64,000 nt of DNA from Mizuhopecten yessoensis. Taxonomy: Eukaryota. Shown here one piece after another: positions 61,001 to 64,000 of this stretch. Position numbers and translations under genes: made by a program. The stretch covers positions 2,042,145 to 2,106,144 of the forward strand of contig NW_018480077.1 of NCBI RefSeq assembly GCF_002113885.1. Direction: 5' to 3'. Under the pieces are notes generated by a model. That model was not told the origin of the DNA and searched no databases. It saw only the letters and a program-made list of their open reading frames with translations. How positions within the stretch are numbered: the first letter of the stretch is position 1; the number at the start of each line of letters is the position of its first letter.

Positions 61001-62773
61001 CCGTGCAATTTATATTTTTAACAACAGTGTTTAATTTCAATAGAATCAATTATAACTTTGGATGGGAGGAACGAGCTATACCCTTAAACAAGAATGGATG
61101 TAGCAATCTTCCCATAAGTTTTAAATTTTAAATTTTGGGGTATATTTAATGAATTTTCAAGATCCTTTACTTTACACGTCTTCTCACCCTCTGAGGGTAC
61201 ATTTGGGGGGGGGGGGGGGGTTAAAATTTAGGGGATTGGAGATTGAGGTTTGGTTTGGTTTGGTATTGTTGAACGTGCTATCAACAGCTATGGTCATTTA
61301 TATAGGAGTAAACATACATCAATAGAAGGTATTTTCTCTAATATAACATATTTCATAATCCTTTTATATATTCTGACATTTGGAGGATCCTAGCTGTTAT
61401 CATACATATAGCACGAGTTTCCTTTGGCCCTTACACCAGACATTTTGACAGATAGATGTCTGGTGTGGGGCCAGAGCGCACTGCTATATGAAAACGTGGA
61501 ATTCTCCGACAACGTTTGGTATCGGAGAGTTATAAAGTGCTGACAACAAACTAGTTTATTAGAAACTACCATTTTTACAGACTCTGGTATTTTAAAAAAC
61601 ATCTAAAGAAAATGTCGCAGAATGCGTTAACAAAATTGGATGCAAAACTGCGACGCATCATATATTTGAGACTAGAAGGCTTTTCGGGATCTGCCTTGGT
61701 GAACACCGGAAAGATACAGAAACCCAAGAAGGTAGGAAATTCACCAGATCAGATAGGAAGCAGTCTGAGTCCCAGATAAATAAATCGGCAATCACAGACC
61801 ATGCCACACAGAAAAACCATGTGATTGACTGGGATTATAAACTCCAAAGTATTGGACAGAGAGAGCAATCTGTTCAAGCGGCAGATAAAGGAAGCCATCT
61901 GGATACGCCGCTGTGGGCCAGTTCTAAATCGAGACGAGAGGCTCAAAGATTTTCACATATCTATGACCAAGTATTAAACAAAGAGTAGCTGAATCAAGTC
62001 ATTTCGGTACATATATAACAACTATTGTACATATGCTGACAGCGTAGCCGAAATTGACATCAATTTTGTGGACATGCAACTTGTACACATTTTACACCTT
62101 TGAGTGAATAAGCTTCACTGGTCATTAGTCTGATGAATGTGACAGTGTACATATCGTACTAGTCATCGAAACGTCACATAGAAATTTTTATTGGTTGTGT
62201 AAAAAAGAACTTTTCATAATATCATACATATAGTCAGTCACTTTCTAGCTTTACACTAGATGAAATTCCCTTTTATCCAAATTAAAAAAGGAAAGTGTAT
62301 AATTACAATTGACTTCCATAATCTTAAGTCTGACAATGAGAGATATCAAACCATCCCCCACATTTATTTCCACTTTTGCTCTAAAATTTCTAGTCGTATC
62401 AGCTGACAAATGTCCCTAGCATGGAATCAAATATATATATATATATTAAATCATGAAGATATCCATATACACAGTCATACTCTAATACAAGTATATCCAC
62501 TCAGAGTAAATTAGATGTCGACAAAACTATTAAACTTTTTAATTTAGAACCATAATTTCCCGCGTTTTTATCATGATCGGCATACCATCGACACGTGGGG
62601 ACGATGCGTCATAACATTTAAAATAAAACATGACAAGTTTACACCGATCAAGACATATACAAATATTAAGTTAGAATTAGATAAGAGGCAAGTCGTCTTA
62701 TAATCACCAGCTGAATTGTGTTATTGTCTGGAACAAGAAGTTTCCCGAGTGTTTCTTCCAAGTTGGAGGCCAT
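40083..62773 (-). CDS. IPO4: Importin-4 (karyopherin-beta family, HEAT repeats; 29 exons, about 1085 aa)
   Basis: Phase-consistent exons in 5'->3' order: 62708-62773, 60533-60619, 59984-60069, 59438-59479, 58910-59042, 58454-58590, 57671-57713, 56025-56090, 54284-54385, 53477-53560, 53096-53239, 52671-52724, 52191-52300, 50659-50767, 50132-50270, 49797-49910, 48614-48730, 48059-48182, 47624-47735, 47082-47197, 45811-45888, 45014-45177, 44461-44654, 44055-44228, 43178-43386, 42456-42588, 41402-41506, 40748-40817, 40083-40228 (3258 nt). Motifs: LLVPDN..ATQQLK, VRQFAAVLLRR, VRNSALFALGQFSEHLQPDI, KSYYALEMFCENLG, SVENAFVDEKEDTC, SEKSFAVGTLAE, LPLKEDFEE. Confidence 0.95.
40912..41035. mobile_element. 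Foldback hairpin element
   Basis: AGACTTTT..GGTGAATATATGGTTA..CCTGAGAAAGTG versus CACTTTCTCAGG..TAACCACATCTTCAC..AAAAGTCT. Confidence 0.55.
41620..41690 (-). mobile_element. tRNA-derived SINE head
   Basis: Minus strand TTTAGCTCAGTC..GAGAGTCCGACTAGTAAGCCATAGGTCCCAGATTCAATCCC. Confidence 0.5.
41895..42305. repeat. Tandem repeat, 52-bp unit, about 8 copies
   Basis: Unit TAGGGATAAAACTTGGGACTACAGATAACTGCTTTACCAGAATGAGCTTTCC. Confidence 0.95.
42589..43177 (-). other. U12-type GT-AG intron of IPO4
   Basis: Minus-strand donor GTATCCTTT; branch-like TTCATCCTTTAC just upstream of the AG; splicing gives TLFS/RYPEVLK. Confidence 0.9.
42975..43131. mobile_element. Foldback element inside the IPO4 U12 intron
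   Basis: GGATAACCCTACTGTATTTTGAAATT..TATATCTTGATTATACTGT versus ACAGTATAATCAAGATATA..AATTTCAAAATACAGTAGGGTTATCC. Confidence 0.7.
45343..45636. mobile_element. MITE with TIRs of about 32 bp
   Basis: TAGTCTGCTAAAACTGACCATAATCGCAGGCT versus AGCCTGCGATTACAGTTAGTTTTAGCAGACTA. Confidence 0.65.
49120..49328 (-). mobile_element. V-domain-like tRNA-derived SINE
   Basis: Minus strand GTGGATAACACACTCGCCTTTCACCAAGG..GGGGTTCGATTCCC (tRNA-like) followed by GTGGGCTTTCTCCAGGTACCCTGCTTTTCTCCCACA (V-SINE-like core). Confidence 0.7.
49347..49513. mobile_element. MITE with CAGTGGCGGA-type TIRs
   Basis: CAGTGGCGGACCCAGAG...CTCTGGATCCACCACTG, flanked by CATAT on both sides; internal GAAACCCCCC repeats. Confidence 0.7.
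50745..51772 (-). repeat. Tandem array (53-60 bp units, about 18 copies) duplicating an IPO4 splice acceptor and exon start
   Basis: Each unit contains minus-strand GATGTTTTCAG|ACACTTGCAG(G/A)CAGTGTT, matching the intron/exon junction at 50768/50767. Confidence 0.93.
55177..56050 (-). repeat. Compound tandem array (about 5 x 72 bp plus about 16 x 34 bp) duplicating an IPO4 exon end and splice donor
   Basis: Each unit contains minus-strand TATACCACAGGATGAG|GTGAGTTA, matching the exon/intron junction at 56025/56024. Confidence 0.95.
56839..56924. mobile_element. TTAA-flanked MITE (copy of 19241-19329)
   Basis: TTAACCCGTTCACC..GGTCTACAGTGGTGAAAGGGTTAA. Confidence 0.7.
61700..62225 (+). mobile_element. 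Penelope-like retroelement 3' fragment (GIY-YIG C-terminus plus 3' tail) in IPO4 intron 1
   Basis: EHRKDTETQEGRKFTRSDRKQSESQINKSAITDHATQKNHVIDWD..SKVLDRESNLFKRQIKEAIWIRRCGPVLNRDE, frameshifted; the tail carries a hammerhead core. Confidence 0.85.
62127..62178 (+). ncRNA. Minimal hammerhead ribozyme (Penelope-type, partly degenerate)
   Basis: AGU CUGAUGA A UGUGAC-loop-GUCAUC GAAA CGUC ACA; mismatches at the base of stem II and in stem I relative to the 3012-3063 copy. Confidence 0.7.
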
Positions 62774-63062
62774 TTTCGTGTTTCGCTTTTTGTGGTTTCA
62801 AGAATAGGAGAGTTCGGTTAGAGTCTGTTTTCAGTAAGTATTGTAATGTAGTTTTTGCGTTTCATGATTTCACAATAAGGCTAAATTTAAATTCAATACA
62901 TAATATTTGAAACTGTCTTTATATTTATTTATTCTAAAGTAGCTATACATATTTGTATGTGTCCTGACTCTTGCGTCTATCACATGACTGTACATTTCTG
63001 AAATAGGATATAGATCTAAATTAATTGGTCATGTTGATGTTTTTGCAGACTGACAGCTAGAG
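62774..63062. promoter_or_regulatory. Probable bidirectional promoter between IPO4 and NAPG
   Basis: Divergent ATGs separated by 289 bp; M-box/E-box-like TCACATGACT at 62980-62989. Confidence 0.6.
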
Positions 63063-63130
63063 ATGGCGAGTGACATGAAGCAGCGTAAAGCAGCCGAGGC
63101 TGAGGACCACATTCGTCAGGCAGAGAAATG
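63063..63130 (+). CDS. NAPG: First coding exon of probable gamma-soluble NSF attachment protein (gene continues beyond the window)
   Basis: ATG in AGATGGCG context; MASDMKQRKAAEAEDHIRQAEK followed by a phase-2 GT donor resembles the gamma-SNAP N-terminus (..QKINEGLEHLAKAEK). Only 22 codons are visible. Confidence 0.65.
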
Positions 63131-64000
63131 GTATACAGCAGGGACAATTCCAATCTCTTGGAAAATATAGGCGAAAATGATCCAATGTTTGCACAAATGT
63201 CACATCAAAATATAGACTTGCTCTGACTGAGGGGGATGTCCTGTTCATAACTCATCCTCACAAGTCGGAGGTTAAAATGCCTCATTATTCAGACACATTT
63301 GTGTAGAGTGGTGTACGTGTAAGTCACAAGTTCTATTTTAACAGATAACAGTCTGCTTATAGAATATATATAACATTGGAAAACGTTAAAGTCGACTAAA
63401 TGTCAGGTTTGCCCCTACCTCTTTCTTTTTATATTAAATGTAATGACATTCTTTTGAGAACAAAATCTATCTGTAAGGCTGTGTAAGATAACACTACATA
63501 CATGTATACTTCACAATTATTTAGTTCCAAGTTCAACACATAACCACAAGTAGTCAGATATATGTGTGTTTCCCATATATCCAGATCATTTAAATGGACT
63601 GCATGATCAGGAATAGAATGTGATTTTAGAGTAGCATTTATTGCCTTCACAGTAGCAGATTCAAAGGGTTTTCCATGGCATCAGAATCCCAATCCCACCA
63701 GCACAGAAATTATTTCAAAAAGATGTGTTTCCCAGTTTTCACATTCGATATTTGGAACATCAATTTATATTGTATAGGAAAAATTCTGACTAGATGCAGA
63801 TCGATATCAAATGAATTTAAACATCATTTAAAATGTTCCAATGACAAGTTTCTACAATGACATTAATGACTAGTGATAATCGAGCTGTATATATTCATTC
63901 AAGTTAACAAGATTCACACAATACAAGCCATGATACATGTGGTAAGCAGCCATTGGATATGGTAAAAATAGTACTATAATTATTTTAAAATGCATATACC

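Overview
Eukaryotic, AT-rich, intron-rich animal genomic DNA, most likely a bivalve mollusc. This assignment is an inference from the repeat types (Helentron-associated HINE/pearl-like elements, Meta- and V-domain-like SINEs) and the expanded intronless TRIM genes. There is one assembly gap (N at 5742-5924). Genes reconstructed by hand from splice sites and reading frame: (1) two tandem intronless TRIM (RING-B-box-coiled-coil) paralogues on the minus strand, one with a C-terminal NHL-like propeller (8478-10631) and one lacking it and ending in a CaaX-like CRIQ (13091-14272); (2) a complete 17-exon peroxisomal Lon protease LONP2 (17084-32403, +, about 849 aa, ends SKL); (3) a complete 29-exon importin-4 IPO4 (62773-40083, -, about 1085 aa); (4) the probable first exon of gamma-SNAP (NAPG), head-to-head with IPO4. 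LONP2 and IPO4 each contain one GT-AG U12-type intron. Mobile DNA includes a MULE-like DNA transposon with an 8-bp TSD and a nested Penelope fragment, two Penelope pieces carrying minimal hammerhead ribozymes, CR1/L2-like and RTE LINE relics, HINEs, SINEs and many MITEs. The most unusual observations are tandem arrays that amplify real gene-structure junctions (about 20 copies of one IPO4 splice donor, about 18 of one acceptor, the IPO4 stop-codon region, and branch-point-like units in the LONP2 U12 intron) and the candidate prenylated TRIM paralogue. No prokaryotic-type system such as CRISPR is present. I cannot confirm novelty without database searches.
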